Below the pieces are notes generated by a model. It was not told the DNA's origin. It made no database searches and saw only the letters and a program-made list of their open reading frames with translations. A program made the position numbers and the translations under genes. From an uncultured Gemmatimonadales bacterium (GTDB taxonomy: Bacteria; Gemmatimonadota; Gemmatimonadetes; Longimicrobiales; RSA9): a stretch of DNA of 64,000 bases. Each line of letters begins with the position of its first letter. The stretch's first letter is position 1. This document shows positions 16,947 to 26,314 of the stretch, piece by piece. The DNA lies in assembly GCA_963708135.1 (NCBI GenBank), contig OY970192.1, forward strand, positions 736,001 to 800,000. Direction: 5' to 3'.

Positions 16947-19517
16947 TTACGGCGCCGGCGGCGCCCCCCGGCGCAGCCGCAGCATCCGCGCGGTCTGCCG
17001 CAGCTTCTCGGGCACCTCCTCGCCGGACTCCAGGCTGTCGAGCAGCGCCCGCCTCCGCTCCCGGTCCACGGGCCGCCGGTTGTCCGGATCGACCATGGTG
17101 AGGGCCCAGAGCTCGGCGCCCTGATAGATGTCGGGGATGCCGGGGCCGCCCAGCCGGAGCACGGTCTGCGCGATGGAGTTGGCGACGCCGGCGCGGGCGA
17201 CCTTCGCCGCGAATTCCAGGAAATCCTTCATGAACGGGTCGTCAGCCGCCCTGGCGAGCAGCGCGTCGGTGAAGCGGGCCAGTGCCTCCTCGTATGCGGG
17301 GTCGGGGTTCCGCCAGGAGGTGTGCAGCTTGGCCTCGCGGGCGGCCTTGCGCATGAAGCGCTTCACGCGGCCGGCGTAGTCGGCGGGCGGCGGGACGGCG
17401 AGTCCCTCGCCGTCGTCGGCTGGCGGCCAGGTGCCGAGGAGGGTCTGATAGAGCCGGATCTCGTCGTCGGGCGCGATGCTGGCTGAGGCGAGCTCCGCGT
17501 TCCATTCGCGCCAGCGGGCGAGGCGGTCGGCCCACTCATCGGGGATCCGCGAAAGCACGTTGAGCCGTGCGCGCACGTCCTCGCCGCGTTTGGTGTCGTG
17601 GGTCGAGGCCGCGGTGAGAGTGAGCGGGGTGCGCGCGGCGAGGTGGCGCATGAAGGCGTCGTACTCCTCGACGGATACCGCGGCGCGGCCGGGATCGGCG
17701 CCGACCTCGCAGGCGGAGAGGAGGGCGCTGTCCACGAACAGCGCGGTGTCCTCGACGCCCTTGGCCATGACGGGACCGGTGAGCTGCTGCCATCGCGCGA
17801 CGAATTCCAGCCGTGCCTCCGGGTCGCTCCCTCCGGCCTCCATCAGCAGCACGCGACGCAGCCAGTCCACCGCCGCGGCGACAGGGTCGTTGGCCGCCGC
17901 GGCCGCCTCGATGGCGGCGCGGTCGGCGGCGGAGACGTCGCCATCCGTGCGGGTGTAGGTGCGGTACACGGGGAGCGCGGCGGTGATGGCCACGAGAGCA
18001 TCGCGCAGCCCACTCCGCGGCGCCTCCGGGTCGGCCTCCGCGAGCGCCTCCAGCCGGCTCAGCAGTCCTTCCAGCTCCGCCGGGAAGAGCGTCTCGAGCA
18101 CCATCCGCTTCTTCTCGTACGCGAGCGCGTCGAAATCCTCGGGCAGGCCGGTGTGCTCGTGCCATGTGCGGCGGAGCTTCGCGAGGCCCTCGGGATCGAT
18201 GAAGAGGCCGTTGAGCATGTTCAGCGTGTCGTAGCCGGTGGTGCCATCGACAGGCCAATCGTCGGGGAGGTGCTCGCCGCGGGCGAGGATCTTCTCGACG
18301 AGGATCCAGGCGCCGGGGAGCGCGGCGCGCAGGCGCTGGAGGTAGCCGGCGGGGTCGCGGAGTCCGTCCACGTGGTCGATGCGGAGCGCGTCGACCACGC
18401 CCTCGCGCGCCCACGCGAGCACGCGCGCGTGGACCGCATCGAAGACGTCGGGCTCCTCTACGCGGATGGCGACGAGACCGGTGATGTCAAAGAAGCGGCG
18501 GTAGTTGATGGCTCGGGCGCCGCGGCGCCAGTCGGTGAGCCGGTAGTGTTGGGTGGCCAGGAGCCCGGCCAGGGAGAGAAACGGGGAGTGGGGGAGTGGG
18601 GGAGTGGGTGATGTTCGCAGGGGCCGCTGCGTTCGCGGAGTGTTCTCACTCCGCGGCGGATCCGCCGGGTGCCCGGCGGGCGCCGCATCTTCGGGCGCGG
18701 CCGGGTTCAGGGCCGTTGCGGCGTGCTCGGGGGTGCTGAACGGGGCCAGGGCCGCCGCCTCGGTCTCGGGGCTGAGGGGGAAGCGGTGGTCGTAGTAGGC
18801 GAAGTGGAGATGGCCGTCCTCGGCGCGGAGCTGGATCTCGTGGTCGGCGATCGCCCCGTCGAGCGGCTTGCCGAGGACGGGGAGGACGAGCTTGCCGCCG
18901 GCGGCATCCCAGTCGATGTCGAAGTAGTGAGCGTACTCCGACTCGCGGCCCTGCCTCAGCACATCGGCCCACCAGGGGTTGGCGGCGTCGGCGGCCATGT
19001 GGTTGGGCACGATGTCGAGGAGGATGCCCATGCCGCGCTGGTGGAGCGCATCGGCCAGCGCGCGCAGGTCGTCCTCGGTGCCGAGGCCGGGGTTCAGGCG
19101 GCCGGGATCCGTGACATCGTAACCGTGGGTGCTGCCCTCGCGCGCGGCGAGGATCGGCGAGAGGTAGAGGTGCGAGACGCCAAGGGCGTCGAGGTACGGG
19201 ACGAGGTCCTTGGCTTCCGCCAGCGTGACGTCTGGGCCGAGTTGGAGGCGGTAGGTGCTGGTGGGTCTCGGGCCGGTTCTCTTCGCCGCGTCCCATGTTG
19301 GCTGGGTCCGCGCGTTTGCGCCCGTCGGCGGAGAGTGGGGGAGTGGGGGAGTGGGGGACCGGGCGACGTTCGCGGGGTGCTTCGGGCTCCCGGGCCTGGC
19401 GGGCTGCCGGGCGGATCCACCGGCGCCGGCCCATCCGCGATCAGGAGCGGCCTCCTTGCCCGTGGCCCGGCTGGCCGCACCTGCACGCGCGTTGCCGGCG
19501 CCTGCGTCGGCGTTCAC
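16947..19517 (-). CDS. treY: Malto-oligosyltrehalose synthase, with low-complexity insertions and an apparently short C-terminus
   Basis: STYRLQL, GSTHGYDV, DIVPNHM, INYRRFFD, LRIDHVDGL, MAKGVEDT, STHDTKRGED, VDPDNRRPVD. Confidence 0.93.
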   Translation of the reverse strand: MNADAGAGNARAGAASRATGKEAAPDRGWAGAGGSARQPARPGSPKHPANVARSPTPPLPHSPPTGANARTQPTWDAAKRTGPRPTSTYRLQLGPDVTLAEAKDLVPYLDALGVSHLYLSPILAAREGSTHGYDVTDPGRLNPGLGTEDDLRALADALHQRGMGILLDIVPNHMAADAANPWWADVLRQGRESEYAHYFDIDWDAAGGKLVLPVLGKPLDGAIADHEIQLRAEDGHLHFAYYDHRFPLSPETEAAALAPFSTPEHAATALNPAAPEDAAPAGHPADPPRSENTPRTQRPLRTSPTPPLPHSPFLSLAGLLATQHYRLTDWRRGARAINYRRFFDITGLVAIRVEEPDVFDAVHARVLAWAREGVVDALRIDHVDGLRDPAGYLQRLRAALPGAWILVEKILARGEHLPDDWPVDGTTGYDTLNMLNGLFIDPEGLAKLRRTWHEHTGLPEDFDALAYEKKRMVLETLFPAELEGLLSRLEALAEADPEAPRSGLRDALVAITAALPVYRTYTRTDGDVSAADRAAIEAAAAANDPVAAAVDWLRRVLLMEAGGSDPEARLEFVARWQQLTGPVMAKGVEDTALFVDSALLSACEVGADPGRAAVSVEEYDAFMRHLAARTPLTLTAASTHDTKRGEDVRARLNVLSRIPDEWADRLARWREWNAELASASIAPDDEIRLYQTLLGTWPPADDGEGLAVPPPADYAGRVKRFMRKAAREAKLHTSWRNPDPAYEEALARFTDALLARAADDPFMKDFLEFAAKVARAGVANSIAQTVLRLGGPGIPDIYQGAELWALTMVDPDNRRPVDRERRRALLDSLESGEEVPEKLRQTARMLRLRRGAPPAP

Positions 19518-21958
19518 GCCTGGTCACCCTCCGGCACCGCCACGTGCAGGGCCTCGCCGAGGGCGCGGAAGTCTCTCGTCCAGGCGCGGGCCTCGGGCTC
19601 GCCCTGGCGGGCGCGCTGCTCCATGTCGATGTAGGTGGTGCGGAGCAGGTTGTAGAAGACGTTCTGAGTGTGCCACGGGCTGGCGTCGGCGGGGAAGGCC
19701 CTGGCGAAGCCGGCGGCGGCCTGGAGGGCGTGGAGGCGCTCCAGCTCGGAGGGGGCTTCGCCCAGGCGGTCGGCCAGTCGCTCGAGGGCGACGCGGAGCG
19801 CGAAGCCGAGGCTCTCGCGGTCCAGCACGACGTTTCCGGCGCGGGCCTCGTCGAGGAGCTGCCTGGCGCGCTCGAGGTCGAGTGGGTCGGCCTCGATGAC
19901 GCGGCGCAGCTCGGTGTTCAGGGTGAAGTCGGCGGCGATGCGGAAGGGCGTGGGGAGCGGCATGCCGAGGTCGAGCAGGAAGCGCATGAGCGGCGCGTGG
20001 TGCTCGTAGATGTTGCGGTAGACGGCCGTCGCCTCGCCGAGGGTGGTGTCGAGGATGGAGTCGAGGACGCGACGCTGCTCGTCGCGGAACAGGCTCTTGA
20101 GGGAGAACGTGGAGTCGGGGAAGTTCCTGTCGAGCAGGCGGATGACGGCGGCGAGGTCGGCGCGCGAGAAGGGGCGCGCGAGCTCGGCGTCGAGGGCGTT
20201 GAAGGCGTCGTCGCTCATGAAGGGGCGGATGCCGCCGTTCAGGTTGTGATCGCCCATGCCGAGGACGGCGAAGGTGACGTCCTCGGCCTCGCGGGTGATG
20301 ATGGAGGCGATGCGGGCGCGGCCGAGGACGAGGCGGGCCTCGCCGGCCTCGCGGGCGCTGCCGGCGTAGCGGTCGACGGTATAGCAGTAGATGCGGGTGC
20401 GCTCGGCGTAGGGCTCGAAGATGGAGCTGGCGGCGTAGTGGCCGCCGACCTTGAGGAGATCGACCATCGCGGGCTTGACGTAGCGCTCGTAGATCTGGCG
20501 GCCGTTGCCCTGGTCGGGGATGTTGCTCTCGGCGCGCTCGAGGCGCTGGACGAACGGCGGCTCGAGGTCGGCGCCGAAGAGCTCGCGGGCGAGCTGGACG
20601 ACGCGGCCGCCGTACTGGATGACCTGCACGGTCTCGATGCCGGAGAGCTCGTTGAAGAACCAGCCGCAGCTCGTGTACATGAGGAGCCCGTGGCGCTGCA
20701 GCTCGAGGAGCTTGAGCGCCCGAGTGGCGTCCTCGGCGGAGAGCTCGCGGGCGCCGTGGCGCTGCAGCCAGCCCTCGACGTTCGGGCGGGAGCGGTCGAG
20801 GAGGACGTCGATGTATTCGTCGCGCGCGGCCCACGGATCGGCGAGGAGGTCTGCGGCGGCGTCCTCGTAGGGGCCGGCCACTTCGTCGCGAAGCCAGTCG
20901 AGGGCCTCGCGGAGCGGCTGCCGCCAGCGCTGGTGCCAGCCGGGCTGGCCGCCGGTGGCGCAGCCGCAGTCGCCGCGCCAGCGCTCGATGCCGTGGGCGC
21001 AGCTCCAGGAGGTCTCCTCGAGGATGCGGACCTCGTGGGTGGGCGGGAATCGCTCGAGGTAGGCGGCGTAGTTGGTGAGGGCGACGCCGTCCGTCTCCTC
21101 GATGATCTGCAGCGCGTAGGAGAGCGCCATCTCGCCGTGGCGATGGTGGTGGCCGTAGGTCTCGCCGTCCGTGGCGATGCTCACGATCTCGGGCCAGCCG
21201 CGGTGCTCGTGGAAGAGGCCGAGCAGCCGCTCGGCGAAGCGCTTGCCGTTGGTCAGCAGCCCCTCGAAGGCGACGCCGCGCGACGCTGGTCCGTCGTAGA
21301 AGAAGATCGCGATGCTCTTCCCCGATGGCAGGCGCTGGAGGTAGGGGCGGGTGGGGTCGATGCGCGACCCCGCCACATCCACCCAGCGGGTGCCGCCGTC
21401 GATTCGCCGCACGGCCGCGGCCTGGTGCGGCGCGAGCACGGTGAACTTGATGCCGTGCTGCGCGAGCACGTCGAGCGAGGCGAGGTCGACGGCGGTCTCG
21501 GGGAGCCACATCCCCTCGGGCTCGCGGCCGAAGCGGCGCCGGAAGTCGGCCAGCCCCCAGCGCACCTGCGTTTCGCGGTCGCGCGGCGCGGCGAGCGGCA
21601 GGATCATGTGGTTGTATGCCTGCGCCATGGCGGAGCCGTGGCCATCGAAGCGCTTCGCGCTGTCCCTGTCCGCGGCCATGACGGCCTCGTAGACCTCGGG
21701 CTCGCCGGCCTCGAGCCAGGCGAGGAGGGTGGGACCGAAGTTGAAGCTGATGCGGCTGTAGTTGTTCACGATGCCGACGATGCGGCCGTCCTCGTCGAGG
21801 ATGCGCGAGGCGGCGTTCGGGCCGTAGGACTCGGCCGCGATGCGCTCGTTCCAGTCGTGGTACGGGTAGGCGGTGTCCTGCAGCTCGATGGCCTCCAGCC
21901 ACGGGTTCTCGCGGGGCGGCTGGTAGAAGTGGCCGTGGATGCACACGAACTTGCTCAT
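19514..21958 (-). CDS. GH57 glycoside hydrolase with DUF3536
   Basis: CIHGHFYQPPRENPW, GMWLPETAV, ATDGETYGHH, MYTSCGWFF. Confidence 0.92.
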   Translation of the reverse strand: MSKFVCIHGHFYQPPRENPWLEAIELQDTAYPYHDWNERIAAESYGPNAASRILDEDGRIVGIVNNYSRISFNFGPTLLAWLEAGEPEVYEAVMAADRDSAKRFDGHGSAMAQAYNHMILPLAAPRDRETQVRWGLADFRRRFGREPEGMWLPETAVDLASLDVLAQHGIKFTVLAPHQAAAVRRIDGGTRWVDVAGSRIDPTRPYLQRLPSGKSIAIFFYDGPASRGVAFEGLLTNGKRFAERLLGLFHEHRGWPEIVSIATDGETYGHHHRHGEMALSYALQIIEETDGVALTNYAAYLERFPPTHEVRILEETSWSCAHGIERWRGDCGCATGGQPGWHQRWRQPLREALDWLRDEVAGPYEDAAADLLADPWAARDEYIDVLLDRSRPNVEGWLQRHGARELSAEDATRALKLLELQRHGLLMYTSCGWFFNELSGIETVQVIQYGGRVVQLARELFGADLEPPFVQRLERAESNIPDQGNGRQIYERYVKPAMVDLLKVGGHYAASSIFEPYAERTRIYCYTVDRYAGSAREAGEARLVLGRARIASIITREAEDVTFAVLGMGDHNLNGGIRPFMSDDAFNALDAELARPFSRADLAAVIRLLDRNFPDSTFSLKSLFRDEQRRVLDSILDTTLGEATAVYRNIYEHHAPLMRFLLDLGMPLPTPFRIAADFTLNTELRRVIEADPLDLERARQLLDEARAGNVVLDRESLGFALRVALERLADRLGEAPSELERLHALQAAAGFARAFPADASPWHTQNVFYNLLRTTYIDMEQRARQGEPEARAWTRDFRALGEALHVAVPEGDQA

Positions 21959-22022
21959 GGGCGCGACGTCCATGGGTAGCGGGGCAGCTCGGTCGGGGCA
22001 GGTCCCGGCGTCACCATGCGGC

Positions 22023-24011
22023 CTACCCCCTGACCAGCAGCAGCGCCGTGTAGCCGGGCAGCCGCACCTCGACCCTTCCATCCGACGCCACCTCGGCGGG
22101 CATTGCAGGCCCCGGGCCGCTCCAGCGAGCCCGGGCGGAATCGAGGCGGACGTGCCAGCGGCCGGGCGGGAGCGGGAGCTCGAGGGCGACGGGATCCGGC
22201 CCCAGGGCGAGGACGAGCGCGGCGGTGTCGCCTTCGATGCGGCGCAGGACGAGGAGCACCCGCTCGGCCTCCCAGGCGGTGGCCTCGCGCTCCTCGGCCT
22301 CGCCGCCGCGGAGCGCCGGCTCCTCGCGACGGAGGCGGAGCAGCTCGGCGTGGAAGGCGTGGAGCGCCGAGTGCGGCGGTACGGCGCGCAGCTCGGGGTC
22401 GATCCTCGCGCGGCGGAACGTCTCCTCGGACTGCGGGTCGGGGATCTCGCGCTCCCACTCGAAGGCGGCGAACTCGGCGGCGCGGCCCTTCCGCACGGTC
22501 TCGATCAGCGCGGGGTCGCCGTGCGAGACGAAGTACGGGAAGGGCGCGGGCTCGCCGTACTCCTCGCCCATGAAGAGGAGCGGCGTGAAGGGGGAGAGCA
22601 GCACGGCGGCGGCGGCGAGCTTCAGGGCGTCGAAGGGGACGAGCTCGGAGAGGCGCTCTCCGCCGGCGCGATTGCCGACCTGGTCGTGGTCCTGCGCGTA
22701 GACGACGAAGCGGCGGGGCGGCACGCCGTCGGGCGGCGCGCCGTGGCGCCGGCCGCGGTAGCGGGAGCGGCCGCCGGTGTAGACGTAGCCGTGGCGGAAG
22801 GCGCGGGCGAGGTGCTCGACGCGGCCGAAGTCGGCGTAGTAGCCGACGTCCTCGCCCGTCAGCAGCGCGTGCAGCGCGTGGTGGAAGTCGTCGGTCCACT
22901 GGGCGTTCAGGCCGAAGCCGCCGAGCTCGGGCGGGCGGACGAGCCGGGGGTCGTTCAGGTCGCTCTCGGCGACGAGGTGCAGCCGCCGCTCCAGACGCGC
23001 CGCGGCCTCGTGGACCGTGTCCGCGAGCTCGTGGAGGAACGGGTAGGCGGAGGCGTCGTAGATGGCGTGGACGGCGTCGAGGCGGAGGATGTCGACGTGC
23101 ATCTCGACGGTCCAGTAGAGGGCGTTCTCGATGAAGAAGCGGCGCACGTCGTCGCTGTCGGGCCCGTCGAAGTTGAGCGCGCCGCCCCAGGGGGTGTGGT
23201 AGCGGTCGCTGAAGTAGGGGCCGAACTCCGCGAAGTAGTTCCCCTCGGGGCCGAGGTGGTTGTAGACGACGTCGAGGGCGAGGGCGAGGCCGCGCGCGTG
23301 GCAGGCGTTCACGAGGCGGCGGAAGGCGTCGGGGCCGCCGTAGCTCTCCTGCGCGGCGAAGGGGAGCACGCCGTCGTAGCCCCAGTTGCGCACGCCGGGG
23401 AAGGCGGCCACGGGCATGAGCTCGATGGCCGTGATGCCGAGCTCGGCCAGGCGGTCGAGGTGCGGGATCACGGCGTCGAAGGTGCCCTCGCGGGTGAAGG
23501 CGCCGACGTGGAGCTCGTAGAAGACGAGGTCCTCGAGGCGGCGGCCGACCCAGTCGTGGTCGGTCCAGGGGAAGGTCGCGTCCACGACCTCGGAGGGCGC
23601 GTGTACGCCGCCGGGCTGGGAGCGGGAGGCGGGATCGGGGCGCGCGGGGCCGTCGCCCAGGCGGTAGGCGTAGCGGGTGCCGGGCGGGGCGTCCGGGACC
23701 GTCGCCTCGAAGTAGCCGTGGGGCATGGCGGCCAGAGGGATCTCCGCGGCTCGCGCGGCTCCGGGCTCGTCGTGTGCTCCCGCTCCCTCTCGCGCAGACG
23801 CGGAGGAGCGCGGAGCCGCGGAATACAGCTCGAGCGTCACCTTCGGAGCGTTCGGGGCCCAGACGCGGAAGCGGGTGGCGCCGTCGCGCTGGGGGCAGGC
23901 GCCGAGGGTGGGGAGCAGGGCCTCGAGGGCGGCGGGCACGGGATCGGGCGCGGGCGGGCGGCCGCGGTCGGGCGAGGTGCCGGAGGCGGGGGCGTCGCCT
24001 GGAGGGCTCAC
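22023..24011 (-). CDS. treZ: Malto-oligosyltrehalose trehalohydrolase
   Basis: YELHVGAFT, RNWGYDGV, DVVYNHLGPEGNY, RLDAVHAI, HDQVGNR, LFMGEEYG. Confidence 0.95.
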   Translation of the reverse strand: MSPPGDAPASGTSPDRGRPPAPDPVPAALEALLPTLGACPQRDGATRFRVWAPNAPKVTLELYSAAPRSSASAREGAGAHDEPGAARAAEIPLAAMPHGYFEATVPDAPPGTRYAYRLGDGPARPDPASRSQPGGVHAPSEVVDATFPWTDHDWVGRRLEDLVFYELHVGAFTREGTFDAVIPHLDRLAELGITAIELMPVAAFPGVRNWGYDGVLPFAAQESYGGPDAFRRLVNACHARGLALALDVVYNHLGPEGNYFAEFGPYFSDRYHTPWGGALNFDGPDSDDVRRFFIENALYWTVEMHVDILRLDAVHAIYDASAYPFLHELADTVHEAAARLERRLHLVAESDLNDPRLVRPPELGGFGLNAQWTDDFHHALHALLTGEDVGYYADFGRVEHLARAFRHGYVYTGGRSRYRGRRHGAPPDGVPPRRFVVYAQDHDQVGNRAGGERLSELVPFDALKLAAAAVLLSPFTPLLFMGEEYGEPAPFPYFVSHGDPALIETVRKGRAAEFAAFEWEREIPDPQSEETFRRARIDPELRAVPPHSALHAFHAELLRLRREEPALRGGEAEEREATAWEAERVLLVLRRIEGDTAALVLALGPDPVALELPLPPGRWHVRLDSARARWSGPGPAMPAEVASDGRVEVRLPGYTALLLVRG

Positions 24012-26314
24012 GCGCCGGCCTCGCCGGCCTCGGGCGCGGGGGCGCGCATGAAGATCACGGACAGCGGCGGCAGGGCGAGGACGAGGGAATGGGGCCGGCC
24101 GTGCGCGGGGACGGGCTCGCTCTCCACGCCGCCGAGGTTGCCCCAGCCGCTGCCGCCGTAGAGGGCCGCGTCGCTGTTCAGCGCCTCGGTCCAGCGGCCG
24201 GGGCGGGTGACGCCGAGGCGGTGGTTCTCGCGCGGGACGGGGGTGAAGTTGCAGGCGACGAGCACGAGATCGGCGGCGTTCCTGCCCTGGCGGAAGAAGC
24301 TGAGGGTGGACTGCTCGCTGTCGTTGGCGTCGAGCCAGGAGAAGCCGTCCGGCGAGAAGTCGAGCTGCCAGAGGGCGGGCTCGGCGCGGTAGAAGCGATT
24401 CAGGTCACCGACCCAGCGGAGCATGCCCTCGTGCTGCGGGATGTCGAGCTGGTGCCAGGCGATGCTCGCGTCGTGGTTCCACTCGGGGCCCTGCGCGATC
24501 TCGCCGCCCATGAAGAGGAGCTGCTTGCCGGGCTGGCCCCACATGTAGCCGTAGAGGGCGCGCAGGTTGGCGAACTGCTGCCAGGCGTCGCCCGGCATCT
24601 TGGCAAGCAGCGAGCCCTTGCCGTGCACGACCTCGTCGTGGGAGAGCGGGAGCACGAAGTTCTCGTTGAACGCATAGATCATGCGGAACGTGAGCTGGCC
24701 GTGGTGGAAGCGGCGGTGGATCGGCTCGTGGCGCATGTACTCGAGCGTGTCGTGCATCCAGCCCATGTCCCACTTCATGCCGAAGCCGAGGCCGCCGACG
24801 TAGGTGGGGCGGGAGACCATCGGCCAGGCGGTGGACTCCTCGGCCACGGTCTGGATGCCGGGCTCGGCGCGGTAGCACTCCTCGTTCAGGCGGCGCAGGA
24901 AGCCAATGGCGCCGAGGTTCTCGCGGCCGCCGAAGCGGTTGGGCACCCACTCGCCTTCCTTGCGGGAGTAGTCGAGATAGAGCATCGAGGCGACGGCGTC
25001 CACGCGCAGCCCATCGGTGTGGTAGCGCTCGAGCCAGTATATGGCGCTCGAGGTGAGGAAGCTGCGCACCTCGTTGCGCTCGTAGTTGAAGATGTAGCTC
25101 GCCCAATCGGGGTGGAATCCCTGGCGCGGGTCGGCGTGCTCGTAGAGGTGGGTGCCGTCGAAGTAGGCGAGGCCGTGCTCGTCGCTCGGGAAGTGGGAGG
25201 GCACCCAGTCGAGCAGCACGCCGAAGCCGCGCCGGTGCAGGTAGTCCACGAGGTACATGAAGTCCTGCGGCGTGCCGTAGCGGCTGGTGGGCGCGAAGTA
25301 GCCGGTGGTCTGGTAGCCCCAGGAGCCGTAGAACGGGTGCTCCATGAGGGGCAGGAACTCCACGTGCGTGAAGCCGGTGCGCTCGAGGTGGTCGGCCAGC
25401 CGCGGCGCGGCCTCGCGGTAGGTGAGCGAGCGGCCGCCCTCCTCCGGCACGCGCATCCAGGAGCCGAGGTGCACCTCGTAGACCGAGAAGGGCGCGTCCT
25501 GCGCGTTGCGCGCCGGGCGCTCCTCCATCCACTGGCCGTCCTCCCACTCGTAATCGAGGTCCCAGACGACGGAGGCCGTGCGGGGCGGCTCCTCGTGCAT
25601 CAGCGCGAAGGGGTCCGCCTTGTCCGCGGCGTAGCCGTGGTAGCGGGAGGCGACGAAGTACTTGTAGTGCGCGCCGCGCCCGACGCCCTCGATGAAGCCC
25701 TCCCAGATCCCGGAGCCGCCGTGCGGGCGGAGCGGGTGCGCGTCGTTGGACCAGCCGTTCCAGTCGCCCATGACGGCCACGCGCTCGGCATCCGGGGCCC
25801 AGACGGCGAAGTAGGTGCCGGCGGCGCCGTCGGGGGCGGTCATGACGTGGGAGCCGAGCTTCTCGTACAGGCGGAAGTGGGTGCCTTCGTTGAAGAGGTA
25901 GATGTCGTCGTCCGTGAGACGGGTGACATCCTGGCGGACGCGCGAGGCCGGGTGCGGGGCGCGGGACGGGTGGCCGGCGCCGCGGGTGGTGCCGGCCGCG
26001 GTGGCGCCGCCGACCTCGCCGGCCGCTTCCGACTCGTCGGGGCGCGAGGGCTCCTCGCCGGGGCCCGGGCCGGTCATCGGGGGAGCGGGCTCGACGTGGG
26101 CGGGGGGCGGGGGGGCGCCACGCTTCGCGGGCGCCTGGCGGGGGGGCGCCTTCTTCGCGGGGGGCTTCGGCGCGGACTTCTTCGCGACCGGGTCCGCCGC
26201 GGACTTCTTCGCGGCCGCTGACCTGGCGGCGGGTGCCGCCTTCCTGGCGGGTGTCGGCTCCTTGGCGGGCGCGGTCTCGTTCGCGGGGCGGGGATCCTGG
26301 TCTGACTCAGCCAT
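24008..26314 (-). CDS. glgB: 1,4-alpha-glucan branching enzyme
   Basis: YEVHLGSW, GSWGYQ, DWVPSHFP, LRVDAVASMLY, AEEST, LSHDEVVHGK. Confidence 0.97.
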   Translation of the reverse strand: MAESDQDPRPANETAPAKEPTPARKAAPAARSAAAKKSAADPVAKKSAPKPPAKKAPPRQAPAKRGAPPPPAHVEPAPPMTGPGPGEEPSRPDESEAAGEVGGATAAGTTRGAGHPSRAPHPASRVRQDVTRLTDDDIYLFNEGTHFRLYEKLGSHVMTAPDGAAGTYFAVWAPDAERVAVMGDWNGWSNDAHPLRPHGGSGIWEGFIEGVGRGAHYKYFVASRYHGYAADKADPFALMHEEPPRTASVVWDLDYEWEDGQWMEERPARNAQDAPFSVYEVHLGSWMRVPEEGGRSLTYREAAPRLADHLERTGFTHVEFLPLMEHPFYGSWGYQTTGYFAPTSRYGTPQDFMYLVDYLHRRGFGVLLDWVPSHFPSDEHGLAYFDGTHLYEHADPRQGFHPDWASYIFNYERNEVRSFLTSSAIYWLERYHTDGLRVDAVASMLYLDYSRKEGEWVPNRFGGRENLGAIGFLRRLNEECYRAEPGIQTVAEESTAWPMVSRPTYVGGLGFGMKWDMGWMHDTLEYMRHEPIHRRFHHGQLTFRMIYAFNENFVLPLSHDEVVHGKGSLLAKMPGDAWQQFANLRALYGYMWGQPGKQLLFMGGEIAQGPEWNHDASIAWHQLDIPQHEGMLRWVGDLNRFYRAEPALWQLDFSPDGFSWLDANDSEQSTLSFFRQGRNAADLVLVACNFTPVPRENHRLGVTRPGRWTEALNSDAALYGGSGWGNLGGVESEPVPAHGRPHSLVLALPPLSVIFMRAPAPEAGEAGA

